A stretch of DNA of 64,000 nucleotides from Cycas panzhihuaensis (Eukaryota; Plantae; Cycadophyta): contig CM041465.1 of NCBI GenBank assembly GCA_023213395.1, positions 233,685,741 through 233,749,740 of the forward strand, written 5' to 3'. The notes beneath the pieces are model-generated. The model saw only the letters and a list, made by a program, of their open reading frames with translations. It had not been told where the DNA came from and ran no database searches. The position numbers were made by a program, and so were the translations under genes. This document shows, one piece after another, positions 12,501 to 24,990 of the stretch; positions within the stretch are counted from its first letter, which is position 1, and every line of letters starts with the position of its first letter.

Positions 12501-15500
12501 GTCATTCTTAAAGCAATCAATTATGTAAATAGTTTTGGATAAGGTGGAGGACTCAAGTCTTTTAACATGTGGATTCATACATCTATCAAATTCCCAGTAA
12601 AAATAGTGGGGTGATTCTTCAAAAGAATAGGAGTGGAGATGTTTGATGGGAGTGAGGGTTAATCTCCCAATAATGGGGGTTAAAGGAAGGGTTAGTTGGA
12701 TCTTGCGTTGGCTCAGGGTCAAAGATAAGAGAGCCAATAGGCTCGTGAGAAGGGAATAACGGGGGAGAGTTACAAATAATAAACTCATTATGGGAGATCA
12801 CTAAATTAGACTCTCTATATAAATCATAAATGGGAGGGACTTAGTCTACATCCAATTAAATAATAATAGGGTCTGGAAAGTCCCACACATAACAAATCAT
12901 ATTAATAGTTCATGGTGCAAAAGGAGAATGACTTTTGATACTCAATAAGGGCCTCATCTTAATCATGGGTTGATTAGGGGTCTTAAACATATTGTCTAAA
13001 TAAGCAACTAGCCAAGGGACTCCCACATGGTAAGTCACTTAAATGGTAGGTTGAAGGGTAGGCAAGGTTAGGATTGGTGGCCCAAGAGGTTCCTAAGGCC
13101 AATTAGGGTAATAGTTATGAATGAGTTGATTAGTATGCTAGGTGAGCCAAGCTTTTTAAAAGGAAGATACCTATAGAGTTAAGGGGGCATATGATTAGAT
13201 TGAGAATTCTCAATAGGATCTTATTAGGATTGAGACAAATGAGGGATCATTAATGAAAGGCTAAGAGGAGAGGGAATGTCTTAATCAGGTAATATTGCTA
13301 AAACCCCCTAGGCTGACTAATATATCCTAATCCATTGACTCGTATTCAAACTAGACATGACAAACTTGATCTAAAGAGATAGAGAAGGGACTACCCAGAG
13401 CAAGAGGTTTGAAGGAATCAAGACCATATGATAGATCCACTTATGGATAAATCAATGGAGACTCATCAATATTGGTGATGGCTCTTACACAATTGCAAGA
13501 GTGGTCTAGTAGTACCTACATCTTATTCTAATGAACCTCAAGCTTTAAAATGGTGAAGGAATATAGAGGCCACAACTCTTAATAGGAGAGATGAAATTTA
13601 CTTGACTACCCATGCCCCATGCGTTAACACATGGCGAGGATAGGCACCTTCACCTTCTTGTTCATAACACGAATCAAAGAATCAACACCTAAAGACATAA
13701 GATAACCTCTCTTATTCAACAATGGCACTTGGATAGAAAGATAATTGTCCCCTCTCTTTAGTAGAAAGAAGGACCTTACCCTAATAGAGGTTAAAGAACC
13801 AAATGAAGTAGACACTTAATATAGCTAGCATGTGGTTTTAATTGGATAAAAAGAACAAATAATCCTAGCTAACCAAAGTAGTATGTCATCCCACATATTT
13901 GAGGACTTGTAATAGGTGTGACCCTCTCCTTCATTAGGCCTCTAAGAAAGAACATGCTACAACAAAATAAGGATGCAAATGCAATATACAAAATGCAACC
14001 AAAATGAAGGAAATTCCTTTTAGCCCTTTCTCTTTTTGTTCTTTTTATATTTTCCCATTTTCTTTAAAAGAAAATCCTATAGGCAAGGGAAAAAGTAGTC
14101 ATGCATAAATACTCAAACATATAAGCAGATAACATTTTTCCTAAAACACTTATTTTCCAAAGTAAAACCATAAAATAAAATGATAATTTAGGTGCCTTTT
14201 TCCTTTGGTAAATGAAACTACTATAGTGAAGTTAGTATGAAATACCTAGTATGATGCACTAAATAACAAGTTTTTCCCTTTTTTAAGTAATCTATAGCTT
14301 GCCAAACTACCAAATAAGACTCAACAATAGTTAGGTTAGCATGCATTTATCAAAACAACCAAATTCCTAGAAAAAAATTAGCAATATTTCTACTTGTCAG
14401 ATCAAGCTATGATGAAAAAAAGTTTACATGGGAAACTCAAATGCTCAAAAAATATAATAAAAACACTAATACTAACCTATATTATAGCCTTTTATAGCCA
14501 AATTTTAGTAGCATAATGATTGTGTAATAGGCACCAAAGCTGGATGTGAAGGTGATAGAGAGAGAAAAATAAGGAGAGAGTGTCCAACTCACTCTGCATG
14601 CTCCAAAACTTGTAACAACAATGTAGAGCCCCTCCACTTATAAGAGTTAATGTCATGCACCCAACTATTATAGAGAAAATGAGGGAAAAACTACTAAATA
14701 AGTAAAATCTACAAAGCATATGAAATAACTAATAGCAAATAAGGAATGGGCCTAAAAAATGGCAACTTGTCCACTTCCTTTAAAGACCAAATAAGAAAAT
14801 ACTAGGCCACCCTTCATCTATAAAACACTAATATTCAAAGAAGGTAAAGCGTGTAAATGAAAATCAAACCAAAATCAATGTAGTATATAGGCATAAAAAA
14901 GGCAAAGTAATACTAAAAAATAAAATAGATCAAACCTTAGGGTAAGGGTGAAAATTCTAGATTTGTGGGGAGATTGCCCTATTTTGAAGGATGAAGGGAT
15001 ACCAATGATAATAAATTCCAACCAATGAATGCTCCAACACACCCAATAATCAAAATTGAAGCCAATAAAGGGAATTGAGTGAACTCAAGGAGTATGGTGG
15101 TGATCTGGCAACATAACAATAACTTGATGCAATCTCAACTTGACCTCCTCTTCTAATGGAAAAGGCTAGAAATTAATAGATGAGGGTAAGGAGCTAGGCC
15201 CATGGTTTCAATCCCATTATTTTAGGAGAAACTATAGGCCAAAACCATGGGTAAAAATGTATGGATTTGGAAGAAATCAATGGGAATGGGCATTGAATAG
15301 CCCATGGTTTTATCAAAACCAATGGGCCATTTGTGGCTTTGATGGGGCAATAAATGAGGCTCGTATTTGGGCACCATTAATGTGTAGCCAAATGTAAGCT
15401 TTAAAAAATTTGCAAGCATAAAAAGTCATAGTGCAAATTTCAAAATGGTACCATAAAGAATTTTTATGGTACCATAAGCCTTTACTTTTTTAAACTTTGT

Positions 15501-17329
15501 TATACAAAAATCGATCAGGTATATCATAAAATAGCATGGTATAAAAGGAATAGAAGTGGTACAAGTAATAAACTCAATGGGATGAGAAGAAAATAAGTAA
15601 AAATAGATTAAATCTAAGGAAAATAAGTCCAAAAGAGCAAATTAAGAATGAGAAAGATATAAATAGAGTAAGAAAATAATGAAATGTATCTTGCAAAGGT
15701 ACTAAGAGGTTTCTCTTAACTCATCATACTTGAAGGGACAATAATAAAGCCATTGACCATGGTTAAAATCATCATCAACAAGATACAATCACACACATCT
15801 AATAAATCAATAGTTAAATAAGGGTATATGCTCACAAAATAGTTACTCTAAAGCTATAGTAAGCTATGCCAAGTAAAGAGTAAGCACACATCTTCACTTA
15901 CCTATTATCGTGGTGCCCATGACATTCTTAGATTATGGAAAATAAATATTATCAATGATTTATAAATAAGTATCTGTAATGAATAACTATTGTTATAGAC
16001 CTTAGTGTGTGGGAAAGAAAGGCATATCAAATAAGCAAGAATTTTGCATTAGTTGGTCAGACTAGATGTGACTAGGACTAAATGTAGTGATCAGGAGTGA
16101 CTGTAGGTATGACTACATGTGTAACTAGGAGTGACTATAGGTACGATTAGCCATAATGGTATGATTAGGTGAGACCAACTTTGATAAAGGGTATGACCAA
16201 CTATAATAAGATTGAATCTTATTTGTAATCTAATGGCCAGGATTAGATGTCAAGGGATTAATAGTTATGTAACAAAAGATAGTTATAACTAAATGTAACT
16301 GGAATAGCTAAATAAAATAGCCATATCTTATATGGGATAGATATATGTGTGTGTAGATTAGGATTATTCTCTTCTTTGGCCATCTATATTGTAGGCCTTT
16401 ATGTTGTACACTACTCCAACTTGATTTGGTTATGAGAGGACCAGACAGGGCCTTCACATAATGAAGTTTAGTTTTCATACTGCAATCATGATCTTGTGTT
16501 GTCTATTCTACTATAATTCTTTATGAATGAGTTTAGGTTAGATTAGCCCGCACACATTAGTTCTGTCATCATTATTAAATCTGGGGCAATAAAAGGATGA
16601 ATGTCTACGGAGTATGAGTGAGTTGTTTATACCACTGAAAAGTCAGTTCTGCAAGGAAAATAGAGACAAGACAAGAGCAAGGTCAATGCTAGGAAATTAA
16701 AAGGCTCCAGGATAGAGTCTACAAATGAAAGGAACCTGTGGAGAGAAAATAAATGAAGAAAAGACAACCTACAAAGGGTGGATAGGAGAAAAGTTTGACC
16801 CTAGAGAAATAGGATGGAGGAAGTAGACTGAAAGCTGATGAGGCCTCAAAAGAATAACCAATTGAGATTCAATAGAAAATTGAGAAAGATAAAGCAGAAT
16901 TACAGCAAAGGTGTGTAGAGGATGAAGACCGAGGAAAAAAAAAAGACTATCAAGAAGACTCTAAAGATAGAGGAGTAGGAAAGTCAACTAAGTTTGAGAT
17001 ATATAGTATCACCACTGTAGGTGGGACTATCACATTCTAGAAATTAAGGTCTGTTATTCTAATATCCTAAATCCCATATTTAATAAGATGACAGAGATAT
17101 TATCTGGCTCCATTTTTTTAGGAGGAAGGCCAAGACGTATAGAGAGTATAAGTGGAATTTCCCTCAATACTAGGATTTTTTTTTCAAAAAGAGGGGGGAC
17201 AAATTCAATAATTCCCATGGGGAATGCAAATAAATCCTCGCAGACTGGACCAATTCTAGCAAGTCTAGTGAACTCAACATAGGGTAATACAATAGGAGGG
17301 AACCAATTAGGTTCCCCATATCTTGTTAT

Positions 17330-20300
17330 CTAGAATGATGCTATATTTGAATATTTACAATTCAATAGTTCAGGCAACCTAGGAGACCAATTGACACTGT
17401 TTTCTATCATGTTAAAAATTAAAAGAATTCAAGACCCAGAGGAGAGTAAGTCTTGATTCCTTTTAACATTGAGAGGAGTTACAATCATTTGGTACCAGTA
17501 TATCTCTACTACAAACCTAACATGGAAATTAATCCAGACACAATTTTTGGACAAATTTTAAAGGCTATGGGATTCGATGGTAATTTTTTAGGCTCTAAAG
17601 GAAATTCAACAAATTCTTAGAGATTCAGTAAGTAAATTTAGTAGTAGACTGAGAATAATTATGAATAAGATGGATCCTTCAACCCTGATAAATCCCATGC
17701 TATCCTTAAATATTTTGTCCAAGGATTTTTACCTTAGTTAAAAGAGAAAGTCATTTTATATATAATGAATAGTTATTAACAAGTGAGAGAACTATCTCTA
17801 AAATTTAAAAATCAAATGAAAATAGGGTATTTATAACTAGGTTCTAGCTGGGAATAATAGGGATAAATTTACAAATCCTTATACAAATAGTAGTAGTTGT
17901 AAATACTTTGTTAATCAATGTCCTAAAAATAGGGATGAACTCAGAATTGGAAGTGTTAAAAAGAAAAATTGAAGCCCTAAATCAACAACCTCTAGTATCT
18001 CTTCCCTTGGCAATGTAGTAGAGCCAAGAAATTGAGAAATTAAGATCAAAGTTGGCCAAGTTAAAAATAGAGAAGACATGGGACAACATATGGTGCCCCC
18101 TACCTTACATCCAAGTTGGACATTTGAGAAACAAGCATTAGCATGCTCTAGAGAATAATTGGTGTGAGACCTCTAGGTGATGAAATCACAATACTTGGGA
18201 ATGCTACAATAGAGCACCGTGAGGTGAGATTTACAACTCATTTTATTAAAAACTAGAGTGGAATTCCTTTAAGTAATATAAAGGAAAAATGAAGCTGGTA
18301 TAATGTCATTTATGTTCCAGATGGGGTAATTATCGGGCAGATTATTTGTTGTAGAAATGAGAAGGAGATTATATTTATGAAGAATGGGGTCCAACATACC
18401 ACGAATAAAATAATTGTCCAAAAAATTCTAGTTCAAAGGTGCAGAACTCTAACCTCACAACAAAAAATTTAAATGCAGAGCAATAGGTGTATGTATAAAC
18501 AAAAAGTAGGGAGATGACTTCTATATCAATATTAAACAATTTTTTGGTTCTTGTTGTAGAAAAGAAGAGACTTCAGGAAGTAGCTTAAGCCCTCTAAGAA
18601 GGCATGAAAACTACCCAATAAGAAGAGACAAGTTAGGTAAATAGATTTAAAAGATAGGTAGATCAAATGAAGATGACATTTCAAGGAGAGCAGTTGGAGA
18701 TAAATCCTTAGTAGAAGTTACAGTTAATGAAAGATCTTCTAATGGAACTGGGAATTTTGATTCCCATTGTTATTGTTTTCAAATGGTAGGAGGTTGGGTA
18801 TTTATAGTAGGAAGTGCTTAACTAGATTAAATAACTAGTGTTATGGGATTTAAAGACTGATTAATGACCATCTTTAGAATGACAAATTATAAAAAAATTA
18901 TGGATGGAAGTTTGAGAGTAAATGTACTCCATGAAGCAACTTGGATTTCTCTAGGATGGCCTGATATGGTTTCCCTAGACTATTCTATAAGGTTGGCAAA
19001 TCAATTTCAAGTCAAGCCAATGGGTAAATTATTAAATGTACCAGTAGCAGTCATAGGCACCATAATATATTTAGATTTTACAGTTGTAAAAATGTAAACT
19101 CATAGGAAAATATATCCTGCACTTCTGGGGAGGCCGTGGTTGCTAGCAACTGAGTTACTATAGGACTAGGGGAAATTAACTTTTATATTGTATGCAACAA
19201 GGAAGAAAGTAACACTTCCACTTTGTTTGGATGGACCCCAGATCAAGAATGTAGAAGACATGGAGATGGCATTAATCACAACCACAACACTAGTAACTAT
19301 AATAAGCCCCATACTCAGAGACAATATTTCAATATTTCTAGTGAAGCTTCATTAGCATATGTGTTTGATTAGTTACAAATATTATGGGAGGAAATAAGAG
19401 CAAAAACCACGAATTGCTATCGATTAGAACTTTATTAAGACAATTCAGAAGTAGAAACAAAAGTAAAATATTTTGGAGCAGAAAAAAAAATTCAGATGAG
19501 GCACATGAAGCTAGGACTAAGCTAGTCAAAATGTTATAAGAATAATCTAAGGAATGTCTAGGTAGTCCTAAAAAATCTGGGAATTTACCTCAATTCTAGG
19601 ACAAAATGGGGGACACAGAAAGACATAAAAAGATGTATTAATTTTTTAAAAATAAAAAAGATGATTAGCTATACTTATTTTCTTTGACTCTGAATGGATA
19701 AGCTTTATTCTGGTTTAAAGCACATAAAAGTAGTTTTTTGACTTGAAAGAGATGGTGGAATTATTTTTAATTCGCTTCCAAAAAAAAGATAATAAATTAC
19801 CCTTATTTTGTGCTAACCTAGGACAACATGTCCAAAATTGTATGATGATCTAGAAATAGGATCAAAACCTAAAAGGGGAATGGATACATCAATTACCTAT
19901 ATCTTTGATGGGTACCAATCTTATCTGGTACCTAATGGAGGAAGAAAGACATGAAGGAAGCTAAGATTAGAAGGAAGTAGTTGAAAATTTCATACATACT
20001 TTTTCTTTCTTTAGTGCTAGTAAATCAATTCACAAAGTGTTGATAGCCACAAAATAAACAATCATAAATCTAGTAAAGGATTGTTATCAAGTAGAAAAAT
20101 AAGAATTAGAGTTCGAAGAGGAAGAAGAAGTAAAGATTTTTCCTCCATTTTATTCCATTCTAGAATATGAGTAAAGGGAAATCTGCCAAATCCCTATATA
20201 TGAACAACAACTTGATGGGAAAGTAGTATAGGAAAATGATATTCAAGTAAAGAAGATAAATATTAGAATAGAGGAAGAACCCAGATTAGTCACCATAGGA

Positions 20301-22975
20301 GACTACTGGGATTAGGAAATAATCCAACATGCAATAGCTCTCTTTATAAATTATAAATATATTTTCACATGGTCCTATAAGGACCTAAAAAGGATTCCCA
20401 TAGAACTCAGGGAACATAAAATTAAGTTGTTAGAAAACATCAAACTAGTTAGATAAAGACCCTATAGAATGAATTTAAGATATAAAGAGTAGGTTAAGGT
20501 TGAGTTAGATAAGCTTTTAGATGGAGGGTACATTTTTAAAGTGGAGAACAATGAATGGGTTAGCCCAGTTGTGGTTGTACCAAAAAAGAATGGGAACTTA
20601 AGGGTTTGTGTAGACTATAGGACTTTGAATAAAGCCACTAAAAGGGACCTCTTCCCTATTCCATTCATGGAAGATGTGATCAATAAAGTTGCTGGAAACA
20701 AAGTTTTTTCCTTTACACATGGATTTAATAGCTACAACTAGGTCCAAATAACACTAGAAGGTTAATTAAAGACTAATTTTGTAATAGAGTGGGGCACGTA
20801 TGCTTATAGGGTGATGCCATTTGGGATTATAAATGCACCTACTATATTTCAAAGAGTGATTTTAAATGTTTTCCAAGATGTCATAGGAAAGATAAGTGAG
20901 GTCTTCCTGGATGATTGGACTTTATACAATTTGCTAAAAAATTATCTAACTAATTTGTGATTAATGTTGAAAATCTATAGGGAAAGAAAACTATACCTAA
21001 ATCTAGAAAAATATGCCTTTATGGTACCTTTTAGATCATTACTTGGTCATATAGTTATGAAAAAAGGAATGCTGATAGATCCAGTAAAAGTTGCAATTAT
21101 TTTAAAGTTTCCTATGCTACAAAATACAAAGAACTTGAAAGGATTCTTAGGAATGACTAGGTACTATCGTGAGTTCATATGGGGATATGCCTAGATCATC
21201 CATCCTTTAGAGATGTTGTTGAAAAAAATGATGGCCTAGAAATGGACCTTGAAGCAGTAACTGGTATTCAATATCCTAAAGAAAAGTGTAGTTGAACCAC
21301 CCATATTATGATTTTTGGATTGGAATAAGCCATTCCATATTCATGTAGATGCTTTGTTGTATGCCATTAGATGCATTTTGGCCCAACAAATGGATGGAAA
21401 GGTGGATCTTCCTATTGAATTTGTAACCAAGAAATTGACTTTAGGCAAATGTAACTATACTATTATAGAAAAAGAAGGATTGGGCATGGTATATGCCCTA
21501 TAGAAATTTAGGCATTATTTATTGGCTAATCCATTTATGTTCTTTGTAGATCATCAGGCCCTATAGTATTTGTTTAATAAACTAATTCTATAAGGGAGGA
21601 TTAGTTATTGGTTGATGTTGTTTCAATAATTCATATTTAAAATCATAGTTAAGAAAGGAGAAAAGCATATTATACTAGACCAACTCTCCAAAATTCAAGA
21701 AGGAGGAGTAGTAGTAGGGGTACTTGATAATTTTTTGGACCATAAGTTAGGCATTGTCAAATATTTAGTAATAGGATAAATACCAAGAGGACTGGATAGA
21801 GTCGAAAGAAGAAGCTTTATTAAAAGAGCCTTTCCATTTCAATTGGTATGAGGAATGCTCTATAAATTAGGACCTGATAAAGTGCTCAGAAGATGTATCC
21901 TGGAATATGAAGTGCAAGATGTGCTCAGGGAAGCCTATAAAGGGACATCATTTGTTCATCACAAGAGTGAGGTAACAATAAGAAAAGTATTATTGGCTAG
22001 CTTATGGTAGCCAACCCTATTTGAAGACTTAGAAAAATGGGCAAAAACCTGTGATATATGCCAGTAAACACGTAAGCCTTCCAAGGCTAATTATTTACCC
22101 TTACACCCAATTTTAGATAGAGCCCCTTCGTGGGACTAATCAGTCTACCTACTAGAAGAACCAATGCTCAATATATCCTTATAGCTATAGACTTTGTGTG
22201 ACTAAATGGAATAAGGCAAAACTCATGAGATAATATAATGCTAGAAGCACTGCCCAGTTCTTATATGGAGTAATTATAGTACAATTTAGCTATCCTTTAG
22301 AAATCATATTTGACTAAGGTAGCAATTTTCTAAATCAAACTATCAAATATCTCACGTCAGAGTACCTAACCAAACATGGAAAATCTTTACCATATTACCC
22401 TAAAGTAAATGGATAGGTAGAAAGCATTAATAAAATCTTGAAGATTGCCCTAATAAAAATTTGTAATGCAGAGCATACCAATTAGATAGACATATTGCAT
22501 TCAATCCTATGGTCAGACAAGACAATGAAGAAGTGGTCCCATAAGCAGATACCTTTCAACTTGTATATGGATTAGAAGTAGTGGTCCCTCTTGAGTTCCA
22601 AGTTGAAAGTTTTCGAATAGCACAATAAGTTAGGCTTAGAGAGGAAGATTCCTATAACCAACGATTAATTTAATTGCTAAAACTAGACAAAGAATGAGGC
22701 AAATCTCTATGGGAATTATAGGTGAAAAAAGCAAGGAGAAAAGCCTAGCATGATTGACACTTATAGGTTCCCTAGTACTAGATAAACAAATTAATTCTAT
22801 TATATGACATTAAATTTAGAGTAAAACTAGGCCAAATGAAAACCAGATGGCTTGGACCTTATAGGGTTAATCATATTTATGAAAATGGAATAGTAAAATT
22901 AGAGTAATTAGATGGTAATCCATTGACAAAACTTGTCAATGGCATTAGGTTGAAATTTTATAAATATTACAAAAA
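17330..22975 (+). pseudogene. gag-pol pseudogene (gag, protease, RT, RNase H, integrase)
   Basis: Protease IMDGSLRVNVL (18864). RT WVSPVVVVPKKNGNLRVCVDYRTLNK (20541). RH PFHIHVDA..EKEGLGMVYAL (21315). INT WLGPY (~22850). Confidence 0.92.
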
Positions 22976-23384
22976 GAAAAGAAAAGAAAATGAGACCCAA
23001 AAGGAGTAAGATTATCAAGCTAGACTGTGGTACACATCAAATTAATTTTAAAAAAGAAAAAGCACATAATGAAAAGATATGTGTTATTATAATGATGACT
23101 TAATGATTATGCGACCATTATGGAAGCAAGTATGACGATGGTCGCAATTAAATTAACTGACCACTACCATTATTCTAACATGATAACTATCTCAATAAAA
23201 ATCTATGGCAAAGTCGATAACAGGCCTTTCATAAAGTAGTCGATAGAAACAATTTATGATGAATAAGGTAGGTGCAATGATAGTCATTATTAGGGAAATA
23301 GAGAAGAATATTATTTTTAGGAAAAATGACCCCAATATTCAAACCAAATGGCTTTAAATGAAAAATGATAATAAGCAAAGAAAA

Positions 23385-24990
23385 ATGATGATAGATGCAG
23401 GGTTTGAAAAATATGCTCTCATAGGTACATTTCCATTCTCTTCAAAGACTTTGTTTACTATAATTGTGATGTTGTCTATGTAGCCAAGAATTCTAGACAT
23501 ATCAATCAAAGCTATTGCGACTCTAGTTGGGTTACCCAGTATAGGAGAGCAGATATCTCGAGATAAATGTATTTTTAGGGAGAGGTGGTGAAGAAGATTA
23601 GAATATATAAGAAAGACATTTCAAGTTCAAGAATCCAAATTGTAGGAATTTGATCACCCGAGAAGCGATGGATAACATATTTTATTTTTACCAGAGTTAT
23701 TTTGAACCAAAAGAAATTGTATGTGCCAACAAATTTAAGAACCATGCTGAATCAAATCGCAAAAGGGACCCAATTTAACTAGGTGGAGTTTATGACTCAA
23801 CATCTTCTCAAAAATGTAGAGATGATTCATGAAATAATAAAATTTATTACATTTTGTTGTGCCATCATATTACAAGGATTGTTACTCGTCTAGTGTCTAG
23901 ATTTACAACTGCTAACTCTAGACAAAGAGTAGGCACCTTTGGCTTACTGGACTGACATATTCAATAAGGGAAATGATAAAAAATAGGTAGAAATATAGAC
24001 TAAGATGAAAAAGTGGCTCTTAGAGTGGTACCAAATAGTTAGTTTAGAGATAGAAAAAGGAGTAGTAGAAGAAATAGAACTGCGACCAGAAGAGAGAAGG
24101 ATAAGATGAAGAAGAAAGGAATACAGAGAAGAAGGATCACATTAAATTAAGAAAAAGGAAAGCAAGAGATCAAAGTATTAGACCAAAACAAGGAGAACTT
24201 GGAATCCATAAAGAGTCCTAAAATGAAAAACATGTTGAATGCAAATGGGAAAAACAAAAGTAAAGGAAAATAGCCTAGGAAAAGTTGTAGCAAGAAATTA
24301 TCAAACAATTAAGTAATTAGCCAATGAAAGTGGAGTATTTAGTAGATAAAAGAATCATGGAAGAAGGATTAAATCCTATGGAATGTGATCCATAGGATGT
24401 TATAAACTAGAAAACTTTATTTTTAGCATAAGTGACATAATAGCTAGTCATAGAATTTGAGAGTAGAACTAGGCAACCACCACCAGATGTACAACAAATA
24501 ATCCAATTGGAGTAGTAATTGTAGAAAACTGAATCAAGACTACAAGCCTTGAAGACATTTATACTTCAGTGGGCAGATGATGTAGATGACATTACACTGC
24601 AATTAGAAAAATTCAAAGAGAATTTTAATCAGTATATTCTGAAAGGTCTTCAGCCTATGTTTCACTGCCTTGGTGCTTGGATTCTGAAAATTGATGAAGA
24701 GTCTTAGTGCTACATGGAATTATGGAAACAAGAAAGAGCATACTATGTAGAGTTATAAATAGCCTAGAAGATGAATGAAGAATTGACATGAGAAATAGAG
24801 CATTTATATTATGGGGAAATACTAACATTACCATAATTAGAGGCCCTTTGGGATGTAGGACTTTCAATTTTTTGAAATAGAAAGGTATAAGTTTGCCACT
24901 ATAAATCACACAACTAGATCTAGAGTACATTAGATGAGAAAGGGAAAAAATTAAAGAGGCACAAAAAGGGTGTAGTAAGGATAAGGATAC
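23385..24990 (+). pseudogene. Extra sense-strand 3' ORF remnant (env-like position) of the Gypsy
   Basis: Reads MMIDAGFEKYA..., IATLVGLPSIGE (~23514), a K/E-rich middle part and heptad-like LEXXLXXXESRLQALKTF (~24510-24560). Confidence 0.5.

Larger units (their letters stand above)
5575..13630 (-). pseudogene. Non-chromovirus Ty3/Gypsy pol (protease remnant-spacer-RT-RNase H-integrase); gag not seen; integrase tail split by the 5607-9577 insertion
   Basis: ORFs 11910-12098 (IDYPRWVSNI, RT), 10909-11160 (NYTHAKKECLALVF..KLRHYL, RH) and 9672-10010 (LVYG..ILPLKIEI, INT). Joining 9578 to 5606 restores the INT end ...NV*FFKMFYS*. Confidence 0.88.

Noticed and set aside
15911-15920. tggtgcccat as a PBS
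   Set aside because: No LTR end next to it and wrong orientation for the neighbouring element.
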